DNA from: a virus
Taxonomy: Duplodnaviria > Caudoviricetes
Length of the DNA stretch: 64,000 nt
Reading direction: 5' to 3' (one strand)
Virus record (IMG/VR): IMGVR_UViG_3300021399_000108
Coordinates: 99,521 to 163,520 of that record
Shown in pieces: positions 52,467-61,506 of the stretch. Every line of letters begins with the position of its first letter. The stretch's first letter is position 1. The notes under the pieces are model-generated. The model saw nothing but the letters and a program-made list of their open reading frames with translations, had not been told where the DNA came from and did not search any database. The translations under genes were made by a program, and so were the position numbers.

Positions 52467-52661
52467 TGTTACAACTTTGTTACAATCGTAATATTTTTGT
52501 AATATTTAAATGTATAATATGGCCATTTTTTGACCATATTTTTTTAGATGTGTAACATCTAAGAATGAAAATTGACAATATGGTCAAAAAGTGATACCAT
52601 ATACATGAAGGGAGGGAGGAAAGATGTTAAGTAAATGTTACAATCGTAACAATTCCGTAAC
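52467..52661 (+). promoter_or_regulatory. WalR/OmpR-family-like direct-repeat boxes, two composite copies
   Basis: TGTTAC-N5-TGTTAC-aat-CGTAAT-N5-TGTAAT (52467-52503) and TGTTAA-N5-TGTTAC-aat-CGTAAC-N5-CGTAAC (52625-52661); consensus TGTWAH-N5-TGTWAH. Confidence 0.5.
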
Positions 52662-52756
52662 AATTGTCGATTCTGGTAAAAATTCATACATTGTTGAATC
52701 TGGTACCAAAAAAGACATCACCACCACTTCCGCACCTCTCGCGCACATCCGGGCGC

Positions 52757-52843
52757 ACAAGCCGCAAGCAAGCTGCAAACAAGCTGCGAGCTGGAAAGCT
52801 ACAAGCTACAAGCTGAAAGGAGAAGCTACAATGACAAGCTACA
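52757..52843 (+). repeat. Cluster of short CAAGCT-like repeats
   Basis: AGCT at 52771, 52782, 52789, 52797, 52804, 52811, 52824, 52837. Confidence 0.7.
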
Positions 52844-52992
52844 TGATTGAAGGTATTTCACGCGATGGTCACAAAATGATTGATTGCACGTGCTACACAA
52901 CAAAAGAAGAAGCAGAAAAAGCCATTATGGTTGGAGATTGGCTGACAAAAAATGGCAAGATATACGCGCATATAGTGGAACGAGAGGCGTAA
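52831..52992 (+). CDS. Small early protein (53 aa)
   Basis: SD AAAGGAG before ATG 52831; stop codon inside a hairpin. Confidence 0.6.
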   Translation: MTSYMIEGISRDGHKMIDCTCYTTKEEAEKAIMVGDWLTKNGKIYAHIVEREA

Positions 52993-53035
52993 TGCCTCTT
53001 ATAATTATTAGATGTTTAACATCTAAAAAAATATG

Positions 53036-53064
53036 TTGACAATCTGATTTTTGTATGCTATAAT
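53036..53064 (+). promoter_or_regulatory. Consensus sigmaA early promoter, representative of more than 20 in 52.5-63.8 kb
   Basis: TTGACA-17 bp-TATAAT with extended -10 TG, 9 bp after a palindrome. Confidence 0.9.
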
Positions 53065-53094
53065 AAAGCCATCAAATGAAGGGAGACGGAAACC

Positions 53095-53397
53095 ATGCTA
53101 AACACTCTGAAAGCACTCAAAAACAATGACGGGCTCACTTTGAAAGATTACAAGTCTATTGTCTACAAAACAGGCTATCAGGTTGCCGATTATGGCGTCG
53201 AGTGCAAAACCGCCGAAGAAGCATTGAAAGCCATTGACGAAATGAATGGCGATTGCGGCATCTGGTACAGTGACGGCGTCTATTATGTAGATCACAGCTA
53301 CCGAGTAAATACGAAAAAGCAAGCTCTTGCGGATGGAAAAAAGTATAATCAAATCAGTGTGTTAAAATGGTCGGATATGTCTCTGGTGTATTGTTAA
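53095..53397 (+). CDS. Hypothetical early protein
   Basis: Own promoter, SD, 100 aa. Confidence 0.8.
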   Translation: MLNTLKALKNNDGLTLKDYKSIVYKTGYQVADYGVECKTAEEALKAIDEMNGDCGIWYSDGVYYVDHSYRVNTKKQALADGKKYNQISVLKWSDMSLVYC

Positions 53398-53517
53398 GCG
53401 ATACACCTTTTTCTTTTTGTTATAAAAATTAGATGTTAAACATCTAAAAAAATCTATTGACAACTAAAAATCTTTGCTGTATAATATAGACAAAGAAAAC
53501 GAAAGGAGATTGACACC

Positions 53518-53853
53518 ATGAAAACCGCCACGATGACAAGCCACTGCGCAAATGATAGATATAATCGAATTCAGAATATTATCTCGTTAATCGGTTTAGG
53601 AAACATTGTGCAGGAAAGAATAGAAGTATCCAGCAACAGAAACTTCGCGCGCAAAGTGCTTTGTGTAACAGATACGGGTGTAACCATTGTGAAATCAGAG
53701 AATAAAATGAAGATTATTACAATCTATGTAACCACTACACGAGAATTAATCAGAGTATACAATGGAAGAATGAACGTGCCAGAAAACGTTTGGGAGAAAG
53801 TACAATATAATGAAAGACGATATATCCGAAATGGTAAAACCATATGGCCGTGA
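53518..53853 (+). CDS. Hypothetical early protein, paralog of 56361-56681
   Basis: Shared IGxG, CxTDTGxTxVK, TxYVTT and GKTIW motifs. Confidence 0.85.
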   Translation: MKTATMTSHCANDRYNRIQNIISLIGLGNIVQERIEVSSNRNFARKVLCVTDTGVTIVKSENKMKIITIYVTTTRELIRVYNGRMNVPENVWEKVQYNERRYIRNGKTIWP

Positions 53854-53970
53854 TGGCCATATCTATATTTTTAGATGTTAAACATCTATTTTTTATGATT
53901 GACAACTATTAGATTCTTTGCTATAATTAAGATGTTCCAAGGAACAAAACAGAAAGAGAGGGAAAATACC

Positions 53971-54240
53971 ATGACAGTTACTTTCTACGTCTACAATCTG
54001 AATCAGGACATGATTCTCACTGCTGAGCATCTTCTGAACAAATCTATTCGATTCTTCATTAATTGGGATGGCGTCAAAGTCAAAGAGCATACAAAAGTGC
54101 GCATCACTTGGACAGTACCAACCACTCAAAAAGTAGCACTTAAAATTATGCAACAGTTTCAGGCACGGCTTTGCCGTATTCATGAATGGAATAAAGATGA
54201 AGTTGGTATATATGACTATGAATGGACGCTTGGAGACTAA
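53971..54240 (+). CDS. Hypothetical early protein
   Basis: SD GAGGG before ATG 53971; own promoter. Confidence 0.75.
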   Translation: MTVTFYVYNLNQDMILTAEHLLNKSIRFFINWDGVKVKEHTKVRITWTVPTTQKVALKIMQQFQARLCRIHEWNKDEVGIYDYEWTLGD

Positions 54241-54346
54241 AAGTCTCCAAGAAAAAATTAGATGTTTAACATCTAAGTTTGTCAATTGACAAAACAGTCT
54301 TTTCATGATAAAATGGGCTTGTTCCAAATGAGGAAGAGAATGGAGG

Positions 54347-54820
54347 ATGTCAAAAATGGTTACTAAAAAGACAATGTCAAAAATGGTATGGTTTGATATG
54401 GATGGCACTATTGCGGACCTTTATGGTGTTGAAGGTTGGCTTGAAGCTTTACGCGCGGAAGATACATATCCATATGAGCAAGCTGGCACGCTGGTAAATA
54501 TGGCACAGCTGGCAAAACTGTTACATAAGCTACAAGCTGTCGGCTATGGTATTGGTATTATTAGTTGGACAAGTAAATGCGGTTCTGATCTTTATAATGG
54601 TCAGGTTGCTTTAACTAAAATGTGTTGGTTGCATAAGCATCTTCCGTCAGTCAGTTGGGATGAAATAAGGATTGTCACTTATGGCACGCCTAAGCACACG
54701 TTCAAACATTATGACGATGACATTCTTTTTGATGATGAAGCAAATAACCGCAATGCTTGGCAGGGATTAGCATACAATCAGAATGACATTATTAGTACAC
54801 TTAAAGCGCTTATCAAATAA
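54347..54820 (+). CDS. HAD-superfamily phosphatase (nucleotidase-like)
   Basis: WFDMDGTIAD motif I, ISW motif II, K, LFDD motif IV. Confidence 0.85.
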   Translation: MSKMVTKKTMSKMVWFDMDGTIADLYGVEGWLEALRAEDTYPYEQAGTLVNMAQLAKLLHKLQAVGYGIGIISWTSKCGSDLYNGQVALTKMCWLHKHLPSVSWDEIRIVTYGTPKHTFKHYDDDILFDDEANNRNAWQGLAYNQNDIISTLKALIK

Positions 54821-54942
54821 GCGCTTATATTTTTTAGATGTTAAACATCTAAATATATCTATTGACACATACATATATTTATGGTATACTCTATTTGTAC
54901 AAAAGAGAAGGAAACTCTAACAAACCAGAAAGGAACAAAATT

Positions 54943-55146
54943 ATGAAGAAATATACGGTTGCGGAAGCTATTGGATATTTGATTGGTTCTCTTCTTATTG
55001 GTGTAGCTTTTCCGGCAGGACTGTTTACTCTTGCGTGGAATAATGTAATTGCAGATGCTTTTAACACCGCGCATTTCAACTATTGGACTTTCTTTACAGT
55101 GTGCTTAGGAATTTATTATCTTCGAGGAAATAAAAGTGCTAAGTAA
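54943..55146 (+). CDS. Small membrane protein
   Basis: Two hydrophobic segments; SD AAAGGA. Confidence 0.75.
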   Translation: MKKYTVAEAIGYLIGSLLIGVAFPAGLFTLAWNNVIADAFNTAHFNYWTFFTVCLGIYYLRGNKSAK

Positions 55147-55253
55147 TTAGCACTTTTATTTTCAAATTAGATGTTAAACATCTAAAAATAATAATTGACA
55201 ATCTTTCAAAGTCATGCTATAATAAAGCCATAAAAGAAAGGGAGGAACGAGTC

Positions 55254-55439
55254 ATGGAAAACAGATTTCAGATTATCACGGTATACGAAGATTGCGCGAG
55301 CAAAACAGAAAGCGTATCTGATATTCAAAGAGCACTTGAGGCCGCAAGTATTTATTGGATGGATCCCGATTGTCTGATCATAACAATTTATGATTTTAAA
55401 ACCCAGTCTACAATTTTAAAATATAACAAGCCGGAATAA
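55254..55439 (+). CDS. Hypothetical early protein
   Basis: Promoter, SD GGAGG, stop codon in hairpin. Confidence 0.75.
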   Translation: MENRFQIITVYEDCASKTESVSDIQRALEAASIYWMDPDCLIITIYDFKTQSTILKYNKPE

Positions 55440-55539
55440 CCGGCTTATTAAATTAGATGTTATACATCTAAACGCACCCCTTGACATTTCCATATATACA
55501 TGATATAATTTCATTATCAAATGGAAGGAGAGAAGAAGT

Positions 55540-55776
55540 ATGTACTATATTCATTATTACATTAATAACCAGCCCCATCGCTATGAATATGCTTTCGATT
55601 CCTTGTGGGCCGCAATATTTAAAGCTCGGGCGATCTTTGAAGAACATGGTATTCCTACCGACGTAATGCACGCAATGACAGGTGAAGTTTTAGCAATCTT
55701 TCAGCCCAATCATATCGAAATTAATGATGATTTAGAAGTTGACATTCAAGTTTTGGCTCTTACTCCGCTTGAATAA
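55540..55776 (+). CDS. Hypothetical early protein
   Basis: Promoter, SD AAGGAG, stop codon in hairpin. Confidence 0.75.
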   Translation: MYYIHYYINNQPHRYEYAFDSLWAAIFKARAIFEEHGIPTDVMHAMTGEVLAIFQPNHIEINDDLEVDIQVLALTPLE

Positions 55777-55896
55777 GCGGAAATTCTATTTTAGATGTTT
55801 AACATCTAAAATTATTAATTGACATTTTTCTAAATATATAGTATACTTATTTCAGAAAGACAAGGAAAAGTCTTTAAAACCAGGAAGGAACAAAGC

Positions 55897-56121
55897 ATGA
55901 AGGTTTATGTAGTTATTGAAGATGGCTGTGTTGAAGGTGTTTTCGATTCTGAGGGAAAAGCAGAAAACAAGATTGTAGATTGTGTAAAACATGATGAAAT
56001 TTCTCAGAATTTTTATGTAGATGATATTATTACAGGCAGATTTACCGGCACAATTGAAGAATGGGTACGAAAAGGAAATGTAAGTGATTATTGGTCTATT
56101 GAAGAATGGGAGGTGGAATAA
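55897..56121 (+). CDS. Small acidic early protein
   Basis: MKVYVV...GVFDSEGKA; promoter, leader hairpin, SD. Confidence 0.75.
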   Translation: MKVYVVIEDGCVEGVFDSEGKAENKIVDCVKHDEISQNFYVDDIITGRFTGTIEEWVRKGNVSDYWSIEEWEVE

Positions 56122-56360
56122 TCCACCTTTTATTTTTAAATGTTAGATATTTAATTTTTAATTTGACTTTATAAAAATTTATTGTATAATGTTATTACAA
56201 AATAAAGAAGATCAAGCACATAGACGTCTATCTGGTATGATATTTCAACTCTAATTTCATTTTATTTTTGAAACTTAGATGTTAAACATCTAACTATCAG
56301 GCTTGACTATATCCCAAAATTATGATATACTTTAATCATCAAAGAGAGGAGGACGAGACA

Positions 56361-56681
56361 ATGGAAATGACCTACCATGTACAGTATCAGCGTGCGGACA
56401 GAGTAAAGCATATCATTGAAGAAATTGGTATTGGTCAGGTAATTCGAGAGAAGTATATAGGTGCTGGTATGTCAGCTGGTAAATATATCTGTATTACAGA
56501 CACGGGTATAACACTGGTAAAAAACGAAGATAAGACAAAGCTGGTAACTATGTATGTTACAACACAGCATGAGCTGGTCATGGTTTATGGCGGAACTAAA
56601 AAGATTCCGGCGTTTCTAAAAAAGAAAGTAGATCATAATCAAAGTAAATTTATTAAAGAAGGAAAAACAATTTGGCGCTAA
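56361..56681 (+). CDS. Hypothetical early protein, paralog of 53518-53853
   Basis: SD GAGGAGG; motifs shared with the paralog. Confidence 0.85.
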   Translation: MEMTYHVQYQRADRVKHIIEEIGIGQVIREKYIGAGMSAGKYICITDTGITLVKNEDKTKLVTMYVTTQHELVMVYGGTKKIPAFLKKKVDHNQSKFIKEGKTIWR

Positions 56682-56825
56682 AACGCCAAATTTTTATTTT
56701 TAGATGTTAAACATCTAATTATATTCAGAAATAATTTTAAAAATATCTTGACAATTTTATTTTCATATAGTATAATGATTAAGAAAGTTGAAGGAAAACA
56801 ACTCAAAACCAGAAAGGACAACAAC

Positions 56826-57506
56826 ATGGAAAAGAAGCAGATTATCGTATTGGATACCGAAACTTGCAACATTCATAAAACTGATGAAGTCATTCCTGGC
56901 AATAATCTCACCTATAATATCGGTTGGGAAGCCGTTGTCCCAACTACTGGTGAAGTTCTTGAAGAACGTTCTTACCTTGTGCCGGAGATTTTTATGGGCG
57001 AATGGCGGAAAATGCAAACGGCATATTATGCAGATAAAATTCCGCAGTATTGGGCCGGATTGGCAACTGGTGAATATATTATGAAGCCGTTTTTTGAAAT
57101 TATGGTAGAAATTATCAAGTATTGCAAGAATCATAATGTTGTTGCAATTTGCGCGCATAATGCAAGATTTGATATTGACGCGCTTAACACAACCGCCGAA
57201 TATTTGACAGGGTATCGTTCCCGAGTGCTACCCGACCTTGAAGTCTGGGACAGTATGAAAATGGCCCGTTCTATATTTAATAATCGTCCTTCCTATAAAA
57301 ATTTCTGTACTGAAAATGGTTTTATGACTAAACACAAGACCCCGCGGTGTCAACTTACGGCAGAAGTTCTTTATCGTTTTATTACGCAGGATGTAGAATT
57401 TAACGAAGAACATACAGCCCTTGAAGATGTAAAAATTGAAAGTGAAATTGTCTTCGCTTGTTATCGTGCTCATAAGAAAATGGACAAAGTTCTGTTTCCC
57501 GCATAA
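56826..57506 (+). CDS. DEDDh (DnaQ-like) 3'-5' exonuclease
   Basis: VLDTET, AHNARFD, HTALED. Confidence 0.9.
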   Translation: MEKKQIIVLDTETCNIHKTDEVIPGNNLTYNIGWEAVVPTTGEVLEERSYLVPEIFMGEWRKMQTAYYADKIPQYWAGLATGEYIMKPFFEIMVEIIKYCKNHNVVAICAHNARFDIDALNTTAEYLTGYRSRVLPDLEVWDSMKMARSIFNNRPSYKNFCTENGFMTKHKTPRCQLTAEVLYRFITQDVEFNEEHTALEDVKIESEIVFACYRAHKKMDKVLFPA

Positions 57507-57632
57507 TGCGGGAAATTATTTAGATGTTAAACATCTAATATTCATTATTAAAAATTATAAAAAAGTCTTGACAAGACTATATGACTATGCTATAATAGGG
57601 TTGTCCGAAAGGGACAGGAAGGAGATAAAAAT

Positions 57633-57869
57633 ATGAAACCTAATAAAAATACTTTTGATGGATTTTCTACTGAGGAACTTGGTGCACTAATTGAAACACT
57701 TACAGCAACATATAAAGAGCGCCTTGAAAAAGATAAGCGCCGCAAGAAAGCCGAAGAATATGAAGGTAGAATTTATGATCTAATTTCTGAGGCACAGTCT
57801 GATGGTTTTGATGTTCGTATTAATGACGCATATATTCCTAAAGATAGTGCAGTTAATGTTGATTGGTAA
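57633..57869 (+). CDS. Hypothetical early protein
   Basis: Promoter, SD AAGGAG, 78 aa. Confidence 0.75.
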   Translation: MKPNKNTFDGFSTEELGALIETLTATYKERLEKDKRRKKAEEYEGRIYDLISEAQSDGFDVRINDAYIPKDSAVNVDW

Positions 57870-57893
57870 TATAGGAGAAAGGAAGTAAAAGTA

Positions 57894-58073
57894 ATGCGAG
57901 ACGCAGAAAAAGGAACTTACAATAATGAACCTGTTTTCTGTACTGTTAATGCTTATGGTGATTGTCCTTATTGTGATGAGTTTAACAGATGTCACATTGC
58001 AGACCCGATTGAAGATTGCGATGATTTTGCTTCTTTTTTTGAATCATGGGATGATTGGCTTGGAGCTTAGTAA
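57894..58073 (+). CDS. Small acidic Cys-rich protein ending TAG-TAA (absent from ORF track)
   Basis: MRDAEKG...CPYCDE...CHIADP.EDC...WDDWLGA; SD AAAGGA. Confidence 0.7.
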
Positions 58074-58352
58074 TTGGCGGTTAAACCGCCATTATTATTT
58101 AGATGTTAAACATCTAAAAATATATAAGAAATTAAAGAAAAAAGTTATTGACTTTTTCTATAAATTGTAGTATACTATAATTGTTCCAAGGGAAGGAACA
58201 AACAAAAGTGCCCAATGCCTATTTGAGGCGGGCGTCACACCTTCGGCCGTTCGTGTGACAAAAAAACTCTTGACAAACTACAAAATCAGTGCTATAATAA
58301 ATACGTAATCAAGAGAAGGAAAACTCTTAAAAACCAGAAAGGAAATTAAATT

Positions 58353-58682
58353 ATGTCTATGAACGCTTCTGAAATCAAGTCTGTCGCTCGTACTAACACT
58401 GTCGCTCTGCTGTCTGATGTTTTTGAAGCTAATGATGCCGTTCAGTTTGCTGACGCCTCTTGGGCTATCTTGCAGGAAGTTGACGGACAGGAAGTATGGA
58501 CGGAAATCACCGTCAAGAGCAAGGCTTATAAGCCGACTAAGGTTTCTCCGGTGTTTGATCCTTATGAAATTGCCGAAGAGTGGAAGGCCGAAAAGGAAAT
58601 GAAGGCCGCCGAGAAAAAGGCTAAGGAAGAAGAAAAGGCCCGCAAGATTGCGGAAAAGAAGGCGAAGGAAGAGGCGGAGTAA
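58353..58682 (+). CDS. Early protein with Lys/Ala/Glu-rich tail, probable paralog of 59594-59995
   Basis: Tandem promoters; FDPYEIAEEWK vs FDGYAAAEDFK; KAAEKKAKE tail. Confidence 0.8.
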   Translation: MSMNASEIKSVARTNTVALLSDVFEANDAVQFADASWAILQEVDGQEVWTEITVKSKAYKPTKVSPVFDPYEIAEEWKAEKEMKAAEKKAKEEEKARKIAEKKAKEEAE

Positions 58683-58917
58683 TCCGCCTTTTCAATTTCA
58701 TTTTAAAAATTTAGATGTTAAACATCTAATTCTAATACTTGACTTTTTCCTAAAATTATACTATACTGTTATTGTCATCAGGGAGGGGACAACAAAGAGT
58801 AAACAAAAAAACTTCAAAAAAAGTTGAAAAAAACTCTTGACAAGTTCCCGAAACTGTGATATAATAAATACGTAAACAGGACAAGGAAAAGTCCTTAAAA
58901 CCGGAAAGGAATTAAGT

Positions 58918-59277
58918 ATGAAGAAGAACACTATGCAGACCCTCGTCGCCTATTTCTCTGTTCAGGACTATCTTCCTTCTGATGTCGCTGATGCTGTTGA
59001 TGAAATCAAGGCCGAACTGAACCGTGGCGCGGAGAAGGCGCAGAAGAATCGTGAACTGTATGAGAGTGTAAAGCCGATTGTGTGGGAAGGCTTCCGCTCT
59101 GCTGGCGTCCCTGTCACTATCTCTGAACTGTTTGAAGAAATCAAGAACAAACTGCCTGATGGCTTTGGCAAGTCTAAGGTACAGTATGCAGTCACCCGTT
59201 TGTGGATTGGTGAACTTGTGAAGAAGGAAGGTAAAGTTAATGCCTACACTCTTCCGGAACTTGCAGAAAGGGCGTAA
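58918..59277 (+). CDS. Winged-helix-like protein, paralog of 61174-61503
   Basis: PVTISELFEEI...KVQYAVTRLW...GKVNAY. Confidence 0.75.
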   Translation: MKKNTMQTLVAYFSVQDYLPSDVADAVDEIKAELNRGAEKAQKNRELYESVKPIVWEGFRSAGVPVTISELFEEIKNKLPDGFGKSKVQYAVTRLWIGELVKKEGKVNAYTLPELAERA

Positions 59278-59593
59278 GCCCTTTCTTTTTTTTATAATTT
59301 CATTTTAGATGTTAAACATCTAAATATTATCAAAAAATTATAAAAAATTTCCCTAAAAAATACTTGACAACTATTATAAATTATAGTATAATAAAGGTGT
59401 TCCAAGGGAAGAAATGGAAACCTCGCAAGTCATCACTGAGGCTCAGCTTAAATGCTCTCGTGTAGTTTAGAAGCGTTAAATAAAACATCCTTTGGAAAAA
59501 TTAAAAAAACACTTGACAAACCTCAAACAAAGTGCTATAATGTAAGAGAACTAAGGGAAGGAAAACCCATCAAACCGGAAAGGACGAAAAATT

Positions 59594-59995
59594 ATGACTA
59601 ACACCGCTCTGAACACGAATCTGCGTAACTCTATCCTGCGTGACTTTATGGAGTTCGTCGCTGGTAAGTATGAAACGGACACGCTTTCCTGTTCTTCCTC
59701 TTCCTTTACATTCCCGGTTGTTGATGAAGAAGGAAATGAAAAGTTCGCTAAGATTTCAATTTCAATTCCCCGTGGCACTCGCAACGGTGAGGGCGGATAT
59801 GATGCTTTTGATGGATACGCCGCCGCGGAAGATTTCAAGCTTGAACAGGAAGAGAAGGCCGCAAAGAAGGCCGCGAGTGAAGCAAAGAAGGAAGCTAAGC
59901 GTAAGGCCGATGAAGCTAAGCGCGAAGCAAAGAAGGTAGTAAAGGAACTGAATGAAAAGGGCCTTGATGGTATGATTAAGGAAAGTGCGGAATAA
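59594..59995 (+). CDS. Early protein with Lys/Ala/Glu-rich tail
   Basis: Tandem promoters, SD, KAAKKAASEAKKEAKRK tail. Confidence 0.8.
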   Translation: MTNTALNTNLRNSILRDFMEFVAGKYETDTLSCSSSSFTFPVVDEEGNEKFAKISISIPRGTRNGEGGYDAFDGYAAAEDFKLEQEEKAAKKAASEAKKEAKRKADEAKREAKKVVKELNEKGLDGMIKESAE

Positions 59996-60115
59996 CCGCA
60001 CTTTTTTGTTTAGATGTTTAACATCTAAAATCCATACTTGACAACTAAAATATTTTATGGTATACTGCTTATGAAAAGTGAAGGAACAACACTTTAAAAC
60101 CAGAAAGGTATTATC

Positions 60116-60490
60116 ATGGTATTTAAAAGAAATAAAAAGGAAAACGTCTCTGAAACTATTAACGATAAAGAATATGCCAAATTATGGGATGATTGTTTCT
60201 TAGGACAAAAATTAGTAGAAGATATAATTAATGAGTATAAAATAAAAGAAATTAAAACTAAACTTTTCCCTACAAATACAGATGATTATAATATGGCATT
60301 GAAAGAATATCAAGAAATAAAAACAAAAATAATGATAGCAAAATCAGCATATAAAATGCAACTTAATAAAATAAAAGAATATTATGATAATCATTATAAT
60401 AATTTAGTCTATACAAAAACTTGGTTGCCTACACAATGGTTATCTCCGGATGAAGTTATTGAACGCACGATTAAAAGGGTTTTTAAATAA
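60116..60490 (+). CDS. Hypothetical early protein (AT-rich)
   Basis: Promoter, leader hairpin, 124 aa. Confidence 0.75.
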   Translation: MVFKRNKKENVSETINDKEYAKLWDDCFLGQKLVEDIINEYKIKEIKTKLFPTNTDDYNMALKEYQEIKTKIMIAKSAYKMQLNKIKEYYDNHYNNLVYTKTWLPTQWLSPDEVIERTIKRVFK

Positions 60491-60594
60491 CCCTTTAAAA
60501 ATATTTAGATGTTTAACATCTAAAATAAATGCTTGACAAATAACAAGGTCAATGTTATAATCAATATGTAAAAAAGAAACGGGAGGATAAAATT

Positions 60595-60759
60595 ATGACA
60601 AAGCGATATGTAACTCGGCAGTATCTTTGGAATACATTCTATACTTGGGGTGTATGGGATAAAAAAGAATGTAAATGGATTGTAAATGATAGATTGTATA
60701 GAAGAAATGTTCTTGAAATTGCGGATAAACTAAATAAAGAAAATAATAAGACTGTATAA
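60595..60759 (+). CDS. 54-aa hypothetical early protein (absent from ORF track)
   Basis: SD GGGAGG; MTKRYVTRQYLW...; stop codon in hairpin loop. Confidence 0.7.
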   Translation: MTKRYVTRQYLWNTFYTWGVWDKKECKWIVNDRLYRRNVLEIADKLNKENNKTV

Positions 60760-61173
60760 TACAGTCTTATAAAATTAGATGTTTAACATCTAAATATCAT
60801 TAGAAAAAACTTCAAAAAAGTTATTGACATATTTTCAAATCTATGGTATTATATCTGTGTCAGGTGAGGGGAGCAACCCTGGCAGGTCAAGGCAGGTTGC
60901 CGAAAGTCAACAGAGACAAGACGCATGGACGACGGAAACATTTGGCCAATAGCAAACAAAATGTGCGAAAAAAGTTTGCGAAACCCCTTGACAAACTCCC
61001 GAATCTATGATATAATAAAGATGTTCCAAGGGAGAGGATATTCCGAAATGCCCAACACGCTATCGAAAAATTCCTCTCCCAAAGGAAAAACCCCTTGACA
61101 TTCTCCACAAAATGTGGTAGAATATAAAAGAACAGAGGAAGGAAAACCTCAACAAACCAGAAAGGAAATTATT

Positions 61174-61503
61174 ATGACTAACGCTTCTCTGAACACTATC
61201 TACGCCGTGCTGTCCTCTGTCGATTTTGAGAACAAGGAAACCGTGCTTGCCGAAGTTTACAAGGATCTTCATCGCAACGATGAAGTCAAGGCAAAGAAGG
61301 CCGAAGCTTATGACGCTCTGCACGATATTATTGTCGGCGCTCTTGATGAAACTCCCGTTACTTGTGCCGAACTTTATGAAAGCATTGAGGACAAGTTGCC
61401 CGCTCGTGGTATTCGTGGCAAGGTGCAGTATGCTCTGACGCACCTGTGGCAGGATGAAATCAAGATCATTCCCGGCAAGCCGAACACTTACTGCCGGGCG
61501 TAA
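61174..61503 (+). CDS. Winged-helix-like protein, paralog of 58918-59277
   Basis: PVTCAELYESI...KVQYALTHLW...GKPNTY; three tandem promoters upstream. Confidence 0.75.
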   Translation: MTNASLNTIYAVLSSVDFENKETVLAEVYKDLHRNDEVKAKKAEAYDALHDIIVGALDETPVTCAELYESIEDKLPARGIRGKVQYALTHLWQDEIKIIPGKPNTYCRA

Positions 61504-61506
61504 TAC

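Noticed and set aside
52624-52830. N-terminal 69 codons of ORF 52624-52992
   Set aside because: Runs through operator-like and micro-repeat DNA and a good SD precedes ATG 52831; not fully excluded because ATG 52624 also has an SD.
55132-55157. TTAGCAC as a third CIRCE
   Set aside because: Half-sites are in the reverse arrangement and form the gene-ending hairpin.
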